This document shows positions 49,333-58,401 of a DNA stretch of 64,000 nucleotides, in pieces (position 1 is the first letter of the stretch; every line of letters starts with the position of its first letter). The stretch spans positions 19,638 to 83,637 of the forward strand of contig JAOPTX010000001.1 of the NCBI GenBank assembly GCA_051532055.1, in the 5' to 3' direction. The position numbers were made by a program, and so were the translations under genes. The notes below the pieces were generated by a model that saw only the letters and a program-made list of their open reading frames with translations, did not search any database and was not told the DNA's origin. The stretch comes from Fibrobacterales bacterium (GTDB lineage: Bacteria; Fibrobacterota; Fibrobacteria; Fibrobacterales; JAOPTW01).

Positions 49333-49364
49333 AGAGTTGACTTTTTGAAAAAAAAGTCAACTCT
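49333..49364. terminator. Inverted repeat downstream of the rubrerythrin-like gene
   Basis: AGAGTTGACTTTTT-GAAA-AAAAAGTCAACTCT, perfect 14 bp stem. Confidence 0.55.
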
Positions 49365-49384
49365 GGATTTAAGGTGTTGTGAAA

Positions 49385-49876
49385 CTAAAACTCTTCTCTA
49401 GAATTGGTACTTTCTGCATCTACATCCCAGTGATCAGGTGCACCCACAAAATCTCCAATATCTTCTAAAAGTCTACTATGTTTTTTTTCCTCATCAGAAA
49501 GTGCATTAAAAAGCACTTTTAAATCAGAATTATCACTCTCTTCTGCTTGTTTTGCATAAAAAGCAGAAGCTTCATCTTCTACTTTCGCTGCATTGTAATA
49601 AAGTTCTTTCTGTTTTTTGTCTAGGCCAAAAAGTTTATCACTTTTTTTGATAGTTTCAAAGACATTTTGAGCTTCGTCAGCCAATGAATCCTTGGCTTTA
49701 GAGGGCACTGAAACTTTATTTTGAAGTTCTTTAATAATACGATAGTGTTCAATTTCTTCATCTGCTAGCATAGTAAATATTTTTTTAAAACCAGGAGTGG
49801 TACTTTTATCTGCGAGATCACGATAAAAGAGTTCGCCATCTTTCTCCATTTTAAGGGCAAATTCGAAGATATCCAT
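49385..49876 (-). CDS. Rubrerythrin/ferritin-like diiron protein
   Basis: A-KME--G--FY, LADEE-EH, and repeated E--A-AFY, LSDEEKKH. Confidence 0.9.
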   Translation of the reverse strand: MDIFEFALKMEKDGELFYRDLADKSTTPGFKKIFTMLADEEIEHYRIIKELQNKVSVPSKAKDSLADEAQNVFETIKKSDKLFGLDKKQKELYYNAAKVEDEASAFYAKQAEESDNSDLKVLFNALSDEEKKHSRLLEDIGDFVGAPDHWDVDAESTNSREEF

Positions 49877-50050
49877 TGGGTTTCCTTATGTTCAGTAGGT
49901 AGTGTTTAAAAATTCTAGAAATTTTTGAGATCTTTTGATGATTAACTAGCGGCTTCTTAATATTCTTGTCAGATTTGAAACGTTCAAACCTATTCTTAAG
50001 ATACAACATTGTACTATCAGATAGAAATTAGCTCTATTTTGTTATATGTT

Positions 50051-50079
50051 TCGACAATAGTTGTTTAAACAACTATAAT
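50051..50079 (+). promoter_or_regulatory. Promoter with overlapping 20 bp palindromic operator (probable MarR site)
   Basis: TCGACA-17bp-TATAAT enclosing the perfect palindrome ATAGTTGTTTAAACAACTAT (50057-50076), upstream of CDGSH-marR-yceI. Confidence 0.7.
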
Positions 50080-50108
50080 ATGAAGAGACTTTAAATTATG
50101 GATTTACA

Positions 50109-50357
50109 ATGTCAAAACCAACAATTGCATCACGAAAACCAGTAATGGCAGAACTTGAAGCAGGGAAAACATATTACTACTGTACCTGTGGTAAATCGGC
50201 CAATCAACCCTTTTGCGATGGGGCGCATGCAGGGAGTGAATTCTCACCATTAGCCTATACATCTGAAGAGACCAAGAAGGCTGCCTTGTGTGCATGTAAG
50301 CATACGAAAAATGGCCCTTTTTGCGACGGTTCCCATCGTTCATTGCCAGAAGAGTAA
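50109..50357 (+). CDS. CDGSH iron-sulfur domain protein (two motifs)
   Basis: CTCGKSANQPFCDGAH and CACKHTKNGPFCDGSH. Confidence 0.95.
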   Translation: MSKPTIASRKPVMAELEAGKTYYYCTCGKSANQPFCDGAHAGSEFSPLAYTSEETKKAALCACKHTKNGPFCDGSHRSLPEE

Positions 50358-50378
50358 TTGGCTATAAGGTTTATTACT

Positions 50379-50858
50379 ATGAGTATTGAAGAGGAAATTC
50401 ACCAGACTCAACCCCTGCGCTCAGTAGGGGAATCATTAATACTAAATGTGGTGAAAACTGCTGATTTGCTGAAAGGGAACATGGATGTTGTACTGAAACC
50501 TTATGAGCTTTCACAAACGCAGTTTAATATTTTAAGGATTTGTAAAGGTTCTCGAGGAAAGGGCATTACTTGTAGTGAGATATCTGATAGACTTGTAACA
50601 AAGGTCCCTGACGTTACACGGCTTCTAGATAGAATGGAAAAAAAAGGACTCGTATACCGAAAGCGATGTACGGCTGACCGAAGAGTGATATGGATTTTTA
50701 TTTCTGAGAAGGGAGAGGATGTTGTCGTTAAAGCTTCTGAGAAAATTAATAAAAATGTTGATGCGGTAACTCTTCTACTAGAAAATGAAGTGGTTCTATC
50801 TGCAATTACAGTACTAGAAAAGTTACGAAATAATATAAATAATAAGGAGACAGGATGA
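50379..50858 (+). CDS. MarR family transcriptional regulator
   Basis: LSQTQFNILRI, PDVTRLLDRMEKKGLV-R, DRRV--I-ISEKG; probable ATG at 50379. Confidence 0.93.
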   Translation: MSIEEEIHQTQPLRSVGESLILNVVKTADLLKGNMDVVLKPYELSQTQFNILRICKGSRGKGITCSEISDRLVTKVPDVTRLLDRMEKKGLVYRKRCTADRRVIWIFISEKGEDVVVKASEKINKNVDAVTLLLENEVVLSAITVLEKLRNNINNKETG

Positions 50859-51445
50859 AAAGCATACAAAAATTAGTAGGGATTGTATTGGTAGTAAGCT
50901 CTATTGCGAGTTGGGCGAATACGTATAGTATTGATACACAAAAAAGTGTCATGAAATGGGTAGGTAAAAAAGTTGTTGGGGGTCACGATGGGATTGTGAA
51001 AATAAAGGAGGGGACGGTATCCACCAATAAAGGTCAGGTTGTAGGTACAATAGTGATAGATATGCAATCAATAGAGAATAGCGACCTAACGGACCCTACC
51101 TACAAAGCAAAGCTCGAAGGGCATCTTAAAAATGCAGACTTTTTTGATGTTGAAAAGTACCCAACAGCAACTTTTGATATTGTTAAAGCACAGAAAACCC
51201 CAAAGGGGGCATATACTCTTACTGGTAATTTAACTATTAAAGATAAGACGCACCCTATTACTTTTGATGCTGCGGTAATTGATCAAGGGTCACAAAAAAT
51301 ACTGAAATCTACATTTTCTATCGATAGAACAAAATGGGGGGTCGTTTACAACTCAAAAGGCTTTTTTGATATTAAGAGTTTGGGAGATAAATTAATCCTT
51401 GATGACATCGAGTTTGTGCTTGATATTACTTTAGTTGAACAATAA
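50855..51445 (+). CDS. YceI family periplasmic protein
   Basis: Signal peptide; S--KW-GKKV, IDMQSI, HLKNADFFDVEKYPTATF, GNLTIK, IDRTKWG. Confidence 0.93.
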   Translation: MKSIQKLVGIVLVVSSIASWANTYSIDTQKSVMKWVGKKVVGGHDGIVKIKEGTVSTNKGQVVGTIVIDMQSIENSDLTDPTYKAKLEGHLKNADFFDVEKYPTATFDIVKAQKTPKGAYTLTGNLTIKDKTHPITFDAAVIDQGSQKILKSTFSIDRTKWGVVYNSKGFFDIKSLGDKLILDDIEFVLDITLVEQ

Positions 51446-51456
51446 CGATAAAAGTA

Positions 51457-51729
51457 TTATCCCTCAAGCTGAGGCTTGGGGGTGTACCATGAAAGTCTAT
51501 AAATAATTGAAGCGGCGAGAGTTCCCCAGGCTAGGTATCGTACGATTTCATAAAGTGGCGTTGCACCAAATATTAACTCACTCGCACTTATCTTTAGGCC
51601 ATAACTCATAACTAAAAGAATGAAAGTTATAACTGGACCAATATATTTTCGGTCTTTTCTCTTTATGTAGAGAATAGAAAAGACAGTTAAATGAACGATA
51701 AAGAGAATGAGCAGTGCAATGTTCCACAT
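51457..51729 (-). CDS. Small membrane protein (three TM helices)
   Basis: Three hydrophobic segments; probable ATG at 51729 with GGAG upstream. Confidence 0.65.
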   Translation of the reverse strand: MWNIALLILFIVHLTVFSILYIKRKDRKYIGPVITFILLVMSYGLKISASELIFGATPLYEIVRYLAWGTLAASIIYRLSWYTPKPQLEG

Positions 51730-51840
51730 AAGTGACTCCAGCTTGTTTAACAAAAATATACATACGATGACGCAGGGTTCGAATAATTGGATAGGATTCG
51801 TTTGTTTTCTTAACCCTTTTTACAACTTTGAAGCACTAGA

Positions 51841-52203
51841 TTATTGATTGACTGTATAAGCTTGTAGTGTTTTAAGGTCAACAAACTCAAGTGCAGAGAT
51901 GTGAGTCCCTTCAAGGTAGACTAATGGGGCTCTCCCTGCATTAAATGCCTCAACCCACCTTTGTAGACAGAGGCACCAGCGGTCTCCTGATTTTAGTCCT
52001 TGAAATTGCCATCCAGGAACAGGGGTTGATAGGTCATTACCCACAGATGCACTGAAAGTTAAAAAATCTTCATCGACTTGTACGCACACTGTGTGCATTC
52101 CAGCGTCATCATAGCTGGTATCACAACAACCTGTTCTAAAAAAACCGGTCATAGGGTCTATACTACATGATTCTAGGTTGGTACCAAGGACATTGAGGGC
52201 CAT
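51841..52203 (-). CDS. DUF2237 family protein
   Basis: NVLG--L--CS-DPMTGFFRTGCC, H-VC, GNDLSTP, GLK-GDRWCLC--RW. Confidence 0.93.
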   Translation of the reverse strand: MALNVLGTNLESCSIDPMTGFFRTGCCDTSYDDAGMHTVCVQVDEDFLTFSASVGNDLSTPVPGWQFQGLKSGDRWCLCLQRWVEAFNAGRAPLVYLEGTHISALEFVDLKTLQAYTVNQ

Positions 52204-52325
52204 AGAATACTCCAAAATTAACTGAAAAGATAAAATTAGATTATCTAATTAATATTCTATCACTTGGAGAATCTTCTTACAACTTAGCAATGGAGTTGTA
52301 TAGATATGACACATACATAAGTGAT

Positions 52326-52700
52326 TTATTTATGTGCTTCAATAAGACTTTTCAATTCACTCTCTAAAAGATGTATCTCTATAACAGGCTTGTGAAATAG
52401 TTTTTTAGAAATGGTATTTACTGGGAGAAAGTCTTCGGATAGTTGGTACTCTGGAGAACCAGTACAGAGAAGACAGGGTATAAATATGTTTTGTTTGATA
52501 AGAGTACGGATGAAGTCTGGGCCTCCCATTCCAGGAAGTCTGAGGTCGACAATTATACTTGATATGTTACTCTGTTTAACAATTTCTAGGGCATCTTCAG
52601 CTGAGGCCGCTTCAAAAATTGTCCATTCACAATCTTCAAAAAAGTCTACGAGACTTTGCCTTACGGCTTGATCGTCATCTATAATAAGTACGCTATACAT
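52326..52700 (-). CDS. Single-domain response regulator
   Basis: VLIIDDD, IVDLRLPGMGG, CTG, KP. Confidence 0.92.
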   Translation of the reverse strand: MYSVLIIDDDQAVRQSLVDFFEDCEWTIFEAASAEDALEIVKQSNISSIIVDLRLPGMGGPDFIRTLIKQNIFIPCLLCTGSPEYQLSEDFLPVNTISKKLFHKPVIEIHLLESELKSLIEAHK

Positions 52701-55001
52701 TTATTGTCCATTTATATGAGTAATTGGGAGTCGAATAATAAATGTTGAACCTGATTCCGGTTCAGATTCAACATACATTTCACCATTGTGATTTTCTGAA
52801 ATAATAAAGTAAGAGACACTCAGGCCAAGTCCTGTTCCGACACCAACAGCTTTAGTTGTGTAGAATGGTTCGAAAATTCTTGAGCGAATTTCTTCGGGTA
52901 TACCAGGGCCATTATCTTCAATTTCAATTTGCACTACATCAAGGTCTGCAATGTTTTTAAGGCGAATAATAAATGTTGGTGGTGGAGTGTTAAGATTGTC
53001 TGTCGCTAATTGAGAAAAATGTTCGTACATAGCTTCAGCGCCATTTCGGAGTATATTGAGGAGTACTTGCTGTATTTTTACTTCTTCACATTGTACTTGT
53101 GGAGTTGTGGTGTCATACTCTTTGATAATATCGATGGTCTTGAAATCATAGGATTTTTTGATATCGTAGTCTGTAGATGCTAATATAAGTGTTCTATCGA
53201 GTAAGGATACCATGTCGTGTAATTCAAATTCATCGTCAGTTTTACGAGCAAAACTGAGCATATTACTGACAATATGTGCTGCTCTACCGCCTGCCTCTTT
53301 GATAGAACTAATCATACGATCGATTCCTCGTTTTGACACATAGCGTTGAAGTGCTTCAAGATCGATATCGAGCTCTTCAGCGACAGCAATATTTGCAGAA
53401 AGTGTGTTATTAGTGAGTCTATTTTCGAGGTTTATGGTGTTCTGTATTATTCCGCCAAGGGGGTTATTAATTTCATGGGCCATACCTGCAGCGAGCCCTC
53501 CCACAGAGAGCATTTTCTCATTTTGTACTAAGAGTTCTTGTGAATTTTTCCGTTCTGTAATATCTCGGGCAATCTCAATGAGAAGGGTGTCACTAATGAT
53601 TGTAGTACTGAGAAGTGCTATTCGCTTTGAACCATCTGATTGTATAAATTCAACCTCCCCCATGTCAATAGGGGTATTGCTTCCGATAGCTCTTTTGAGA
53701 CGATCAGCAGCCCCCTTGGGTGAAACATCTTGTATGGTCAGAGTTTTGAGTTCATCAACTGACCTTCCGGTTAATTGTTCTGCTGCACTATTAGCATCGG
53801 TAAGTAGACCTGTAGTAGGATTTACTAAAAATACTGCATTATCAGAACGTTCGAACAAGGTTCTATAAATTTCATCACTGGTCTGAAGGGCTTCTTTGGT
53901 TTTGGTAAACTCAGAAATATCTCTAATTGAAGCGAGTAATATTATTTTACCTTCGAGCTCAATTCGAGATAAAATAATTGAGCATTCAAAATCGGATGAA
54001 TCATTTTTGGTGTAAGTCCATTCAAAAAAATGCGTCCCTTTTTGGAGAGCTATCTCAAAATATTTTTCTGTAAGTGATCGAGATGTTTCACTATTTGGTT
54101 GAAATGTAGGGGATATGTCTACAGGGCTTAAACCAATAAGTTTATTTTTGTGAGTAATATTAAACATCGAAATTGCGGTAGAGTTACAGTCGATGATAGT
54201 TCCTGAAGGTTCAATAAGAAAAATAGTGTCTTTGGTTGATTCAAAAAAAGTTCGGAATTTAGTTTCACTTGACTTGAGCCGGGCCTCAATTTGAGATCGT
54301 TCTACAATTTCTCGATTGAGATTTGAAATTTTTTCTTGAATATTATTGCGCATTGCTTGAAAGCGCCGAGCAAGATGGCCAATCTCATCATTTTTATAGT
54401 GATCCATAAGTGAATTAAACTTGCTGTCTGAATCGGTATCTATAAATTGGGCAAGAGTTTTAATAGGACGTACGACTGAATAAAAAAGTGTAATAGAAAG
54501 AGCAATAATAAAGAAGAGTACTACGAATAAAATAAAACGTAACTGCCTAAGTGCAGAGTCAAGAATGTTTTCTTTTAAAAAATGATCGGTCAATTGGACT
54601 GTCACCATTGCAACAAGCCTGCTTTTGTAAAAAACTGAAAGGGTCTCTTTAAACTCTGTTTCCGGTATGTCATGATTGAGGGAAATAATTTTCCATGTAA
54701 GGTCTCGTCCTTTACTCAGCATAATAGTACTTGAAGAATCGTAATATATACTTATTGCTGAAATGTTTTTATTTTGCATCTCTGCAATGAGCGTATTTTG
54801 TAGAATATCAAAATCAATATCCCAAACAGGTTTTGCCAGGGATTGACTCAGACGAGCGGTAATAGCCCCTAACTCATTTTTAAGCATATAGGTGTCTGAC
54901 TCTATTTTACTCTGGTACCAATAGACTGTGGCACCAGTTGTAAAAAGAGATACAATAACTATCATGAGCAAATTTATTTTAATATTAAGAGAAAGCTTCA
55001 T
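52701..55001 (-). CDS. Sensor histidine kinase (TM-periplasmic-TM-HAMP-PAS-PAS-HisKA-HATPase)
   Basis: DEIGHLA HAMP, two PAS ending RDI[ST]E, GMAHEINNPL, NILRNG, DNGPGI, FEPFYTTK, GTGLGL. Confidence 0.95.
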   Translation of the reverse strand: MKLSLNIKINLLMIVIVSLFTTGATVYWYQSKIESDTYMLKNELGAITARLSQSLAKPVWDIDFDILQNTLIAEMQNKNISAISIYYDSSSTIMLSKGRDLTWKIISLNHDIPETEFKETLSVFYKSRLVAMVTVQLTDHFLKENILDSALRQLRFILFVVLFFIIALSITLFYSVVRPIKTLAQFIDTDSDSKFNSLMDHYKNDEIGHLARRFQAMRNNIQEKISNLNREIVERSQIEARLKSSETKFRTFFESTKDTIFLIEPSGTIIDCNSTAISMFNITHKNKLIGLSPVDISPTFQPNSETSRSLTEKYFEIALQKGTHFFEWTYTKNDSSDFECSIILSRIELEGKIILLASIRDISEFTKTKEALQTSDEIYRTLFERSDNAVFLVNPTTGLLTDANSAAEQLTGRSVDELKTLTIQDVSPKGAADRLKRAIGSNTPIDMGEVEFIQSDGSKRIALLSTTIISDTLLIEIARDITERKNSQELLVQNEKMLSVGGLAAGMAHEINNPLGGIIQNTINLENRLTNNTLSANIAVAEELDIDLEALQRYVSKRGIDRMISSIKEAGGRAAHIVSNMLSFARKTDDEFELHDMVSLLDRTLILASTDYDIKKSYDFKTIDIIKEYDTTTPQVQCEEVKIQQVLLNILRNGAEAMYEHFSQLATDNLNTPPPTFIIRLKNIADLDVVQIEIEDNGPGIPEEIRSRIFEPFYTTKAVGVGTGLGLSVSYFIISENHNGEMYVESEPESGSTFIIRLPITHINGQ

Positions 55002-55012
55002 TATAGTCCTGG

Positions 55013-57304
55013 TTAGCTCTGTGAACTTGTAAGGTGAGGTGGCGTTACTTTTGGGATGCGGTCAATTGGAAGGGAAATTATGAAATGTGCTCCAAGGGAT
55101 TCTGAAGGTTCAACATGGAGGGTGCCACAATGGTTTTCTGTAATAATAAAATAGGAGACACTGAGTCCAAGACCAGTCCCAACTCCAACTGGTTTCGTAG
55201 TAAAAAACGGTTCAAAAATTCTTTTACTTATTTCGTCACTCATTCCTGGTCCATTGTCTAGTATAGAAATTATCACTGAATTACTATCCTTTGAACGTTT
55301 AAGGGTAAAGGTAAACTCGGGAGATGGGTGTGTCCCACCTTTTTCAATGATTTCAGTATAGTAAGCTGTCATTGCTTCGGCGCCATTTCGAATAATATTT
55401 AAGAGCACCTGTTGTATTTTTGAAGCCTCACAAGGAACTTCTGGTAAATTATCTTCATAATTTCGAATCATGGATATTGATTTTATATCAATAGATTTTT
55501 TTAAATCGTAGTCAGTCGAAGCTATCTGAATAACAGAGTCTAATAATTCTGTGATATTATGGGTAGAGAATCGATCCCCATCCTTTCGAGCAAATGAGAG
55601 CATATTTTGTACAATTGATGTAGCACGATTTCCCGCATCTTTGAGAAGAAAAAACATTCGCGGAATATTTCGCAAATCCATATAGGATTGTAGTGCAGAC
55701 AATGAGAGACCGGCTTCTTTTGCTGCAGCTATATTTGCATTGAGTTCTCTATTGGTTAGACGGTTAATGATGTTCTCTGCATTTTGTAGTATGCCGCCAA
55801 GGGGATTATTTATTTCATGGGCCATACCTGCTGCAAGTCCGCCAACAGATAGCATTTTTTCATTTTGAACAACGACTTCTTCCATTTTTACATACTCGGT
55901 AACATTATCAATACGAATAACGACACCAGAAATACCTTTGGTATTATGTGGATAAATTGTGATGTCTTCGTAATAGATTTGATTGTTGCGTGTGTAGAGT
56001 TGCTTTGGGATTGATCGTTCTTTGAATGATGCTTGCACTTCACGGACAATGAGTTCTATATACTTGAGCCTCGGAATAAGATCAAACAGTGACTTTCCAA
56101 ATGCATCATTAAAAGGGAGATTGGTCATTTGTATAGTGCTCTGGTTCCAGTGGGTAACTCGGAGGTCGGAATCAAGGGCAATGAGCATAGAGGGCATAGA
56201 GTCAATGACACTTTTTATCATAACTTTGGAAGAATGGAGCGCGTTTTCACGACTCTTTATATCAAAAGACATTTGATTCATGGTATGGGCTAGTTTTGAA
56301 AACTCTTTAAAGTAGATAGGGGAATCAATAGTTTGATAGACCCCCTGTGAGATAGCCTCACTATTTTTATTCAGTATTGTAAGGGAACGGGTTATTAGAG
56401 AACTCGATTGATGAGCAATTATAAGTGCGACAGTTCCAATGACGATTGTTGCAATAATAAGCCATTTAATCATTTCATATATAGGGGCTGTTGTTTGCTC
56501 TGCAGGTTGATAGACTGATACTTTCCAAAGCGTCGTAGGTAAAAAGAGCGAATAGACCATTTGATCAATGCCATCGTATGGAAGAACAGATTCAATTATA
56601 GCGCCATTCCATCTGTTTTTACTATCAATAAAATGGGGGTCATATTCTCTGAGTCTAACTTTTTCTTGATCATTATGAGATATAAAAACACCGCGTTGGT
56701 CTGTAATTGATATGTATCTACTTTCGAAATTTTCATGGACAGCAGCAGTAGATAATACTTCAATTTCTTGAAGTGAAATGAAAAGAGTGATGAGTTTTGA
56801 ATTGTGTTTTTTAGAAAGAGTGGTACTAACAACATTGAGTTGATCAGACATAAAACTAGAAGACCAATAGGGTTCTTTTTGAGAAATGCCTATTTTATAA
56901 TAGTCGTGCCCACTTACATCTATTCCAATCATTGTGGAGTCTTCAGGGTATATATATTCGGAAATTCCATCCGCATTGACAATTTGAAGTCCAAGAAGAT
57001 GAGAATGAGCACCTATAATAAAATCAATTGATTCCTTGAGTTGTGGAGTAATACTATCATTATATGCGTGGAGAACGGTTTCTACTTTTTTTAGATCTTC
57101 GAGGGGCTCCATTATATATCGTTCCACACTTCGTGCAATAACTGAAACATGTTCTTTATTGGCAAGTGATAACTCTTTGGTGAGGGTGTTTGAAGATATG
57201 AATGCACCAAAGGCCCCGAGAAGAACGATAGGAATCAAAATACCTAAGAGAAATAGCCCTATGAAGAACTGTTTAATATTAATTGACTTCAGAAATATGG
57301 ACAT
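55013..57304 (-). CDS. Sensor histidine kinase (Cache-HAMP-PAS-HisKA-HATPase)
   Basis: Two TM helices, Cache-like periplasmic region, PAS, GMAHEINNPL, DNGPGM, FEPFFTTK, GTGLGL. Confidence 0.95.
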   Translation of the reverse strand: MSIFLKSINIKQFFIGLFLLGILIPIVLLGAFGAFISSNTLTKELSLANKEHVSVIARSVERYIMEPLEDLKKVETVLHAYNDSITPQLKESIDFIIGAHSHLLGLQIVNADGISEYIYPEDSTMIGIDVSGHDYYKIGISQKEPYWSSSFMSDQLNVVSTTLSKKHNSKLITLFISLQEIEVLSTAAVHENFESRYISITDQRGVFISHNDQEKVRLREYDPHFIDSKNRWNGAIIESVLPYDGIDQMVYSLFLPTTLWKVSVYQPAEQTTAPIYEMIKWLIIATIVIGTVALIIAHQSSSLITRSLTILNKNSEAISQGVYQTIDSPIYFKEFSKLAHTMNQMSFDIKSRENALHSSKVMIKSVIDSMPSMLIALDSDLRVTHWNQSTIQMTNLPFNDAFGKSLFDLIPRLKYIELIVREVQASFKERSIPKQLYTRNNQIYYEDITIYPHNTKGISGVVIRIDNVTEYVKMEEVVVQNEKMLSVGGLAAGMAHEINNPLGGILQNAENIINRLTNRELNANIAAAKEAGLSLSALQSYMDLRNIPRMFFLLKDAGNRATSIVQNMLSFARKDGDRFSTHNITELLDSVIQIASTDYDLKKSIDIKSISMIRNYEDNLPEVPCEASKIQQVLLNIIRNGAEAMTAYYTEIIEKGGTHPSPEFTFTLKRSKDSNSVIISILDNGPGMSDEISKRIFEPFFTTKPVGVGTGLGLSVSYFIITENHCGTLHVEPSESLGAHFIISLPIDRIPKVTPPHLTSSQS

Positions 57305-58385
57305 AATGGTTATTAATTATTTGGTAGAGTGAAAATTTGCGGTTGACATCTCCATACTTGTCAATTGAATAACTATCAGTGAGCCCCTGAAAGTTTTTTA
57401 TGGAAGTAAGTGATTTTTTAATGGCTATACTTTTAAACGTACGTGATTCAGTTGCCGCAATAGAATAGATGTACATAACTTCATAGGCAAATCGTGCTGC
57501 GAAACTTGGCTCCATATCAAAGCGATCTTTAAAGCGTTTATTAAAAAGGTGTTCTGCTTCAGAGGGAATTGTTGTTTTGTACGAATCAACAAGAATCATT
57601 TTTTCAACACTTTTACCGCCGTACAACTCTACTTTTGATATTTTTGTCCACATAGTTCCATATAGTTGAGCTTTATAATTAGTTTTGAATAACTGTTGGG
57701 CGACTCCTGCTGCATCGATGCCGCTCGAAGCAAAAATTATTCCATCGGGTTGGAAGTGTTGTGCTTGATTCGCATAGAGTCTCAGAGAATCTTTGCTATG
57801 GATTCCTACGATATTTATCGTTACATTGTGAGGAGTGAGTGTTTCTGTAGCGCCTTTAATTATTGAACTCACATATTCAGGATTAGTGCTATCAACAACA
57901 ATCACTATTGATTTTAACTTTTTACGGAGAATATCTTTTGATATCCATTTAGATTGATAAATTGCTGATGTATTCACCCGAAAAAAGTGATCGTCAATTC
58001 CTGAATACTTATCAGAGCTTACGGTAGGGCTAAATACAATGGTACTTGCCTTTTCTGTATTCTTGAGTATGGCTGGAACCATGGTACTTAAAAATGGGCC
58101 AATAATAAGAGGGATATTGTTTTGTACCAGTTCTTTGACTTGTTGCTCTGCGCGCTGTTTATCACCGGCGTGATCTTTTATGACTAATACAATAGGGTGT
58201 CCATTAATTCCACCTTCTTTGTTTATTTGCTCAATAGCTAGTGAGAGACCTGCGCGGGCGTTAATTCCGAGTTGAGATTTTCTGCCAGATAAATTGCTCA
58301 TGAAACCAATTTCTATAGGTGGCTTTGCACACTGTACTATAGAAATTAAAATAAGGCTGAGTATCAATAGTGGGGATTTTTTCAT
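57279..58385 (-). CDS. Branched-chain amino acid-type (type 1) periplasmic binding protein
   Basis: IEIG---LSG--S-LG, AIEQINKEGGING, IIGP-LS, FFRV, F-GLT-----D--GD; probable start MKKSP at 58385. Confidence 0.9.
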   Translation of the reverse strand: MKKSPLLILSLILISIVQCAKPPIEIGFMSNLSGRKSQLGINARAGLSLAIEQINKEGGINGHPIVLVIKDHAGDKQRAEQQVKELVQNNIPLIIGPFLSTMVPAILKNTEKASTIVFSPTVSSDKYSGIDDHFFRVNTSAIYQSKWISKDILRKKLKSIVIVVDSTNPEYVSSIIKGATETLTPHNVTINIVGIHSKDSLRLYANQAQHFQPDGIIFASSGIDAAGVAQQLFKTNYKAQLYGTMWTKISKVELYGGKSVEKMILVDSYKTTIPSEAEHLFNKRFKDRFDMEPSFAARFAYEVMYIYSIAATESRTFKSIAIKKSLTSIKNFQGLTDSYSIDKYGDVNRKFSLYQIINNHYVHISEVN

Positions 58386-58401
58386 GGTGACATCAGCATG
58401 G

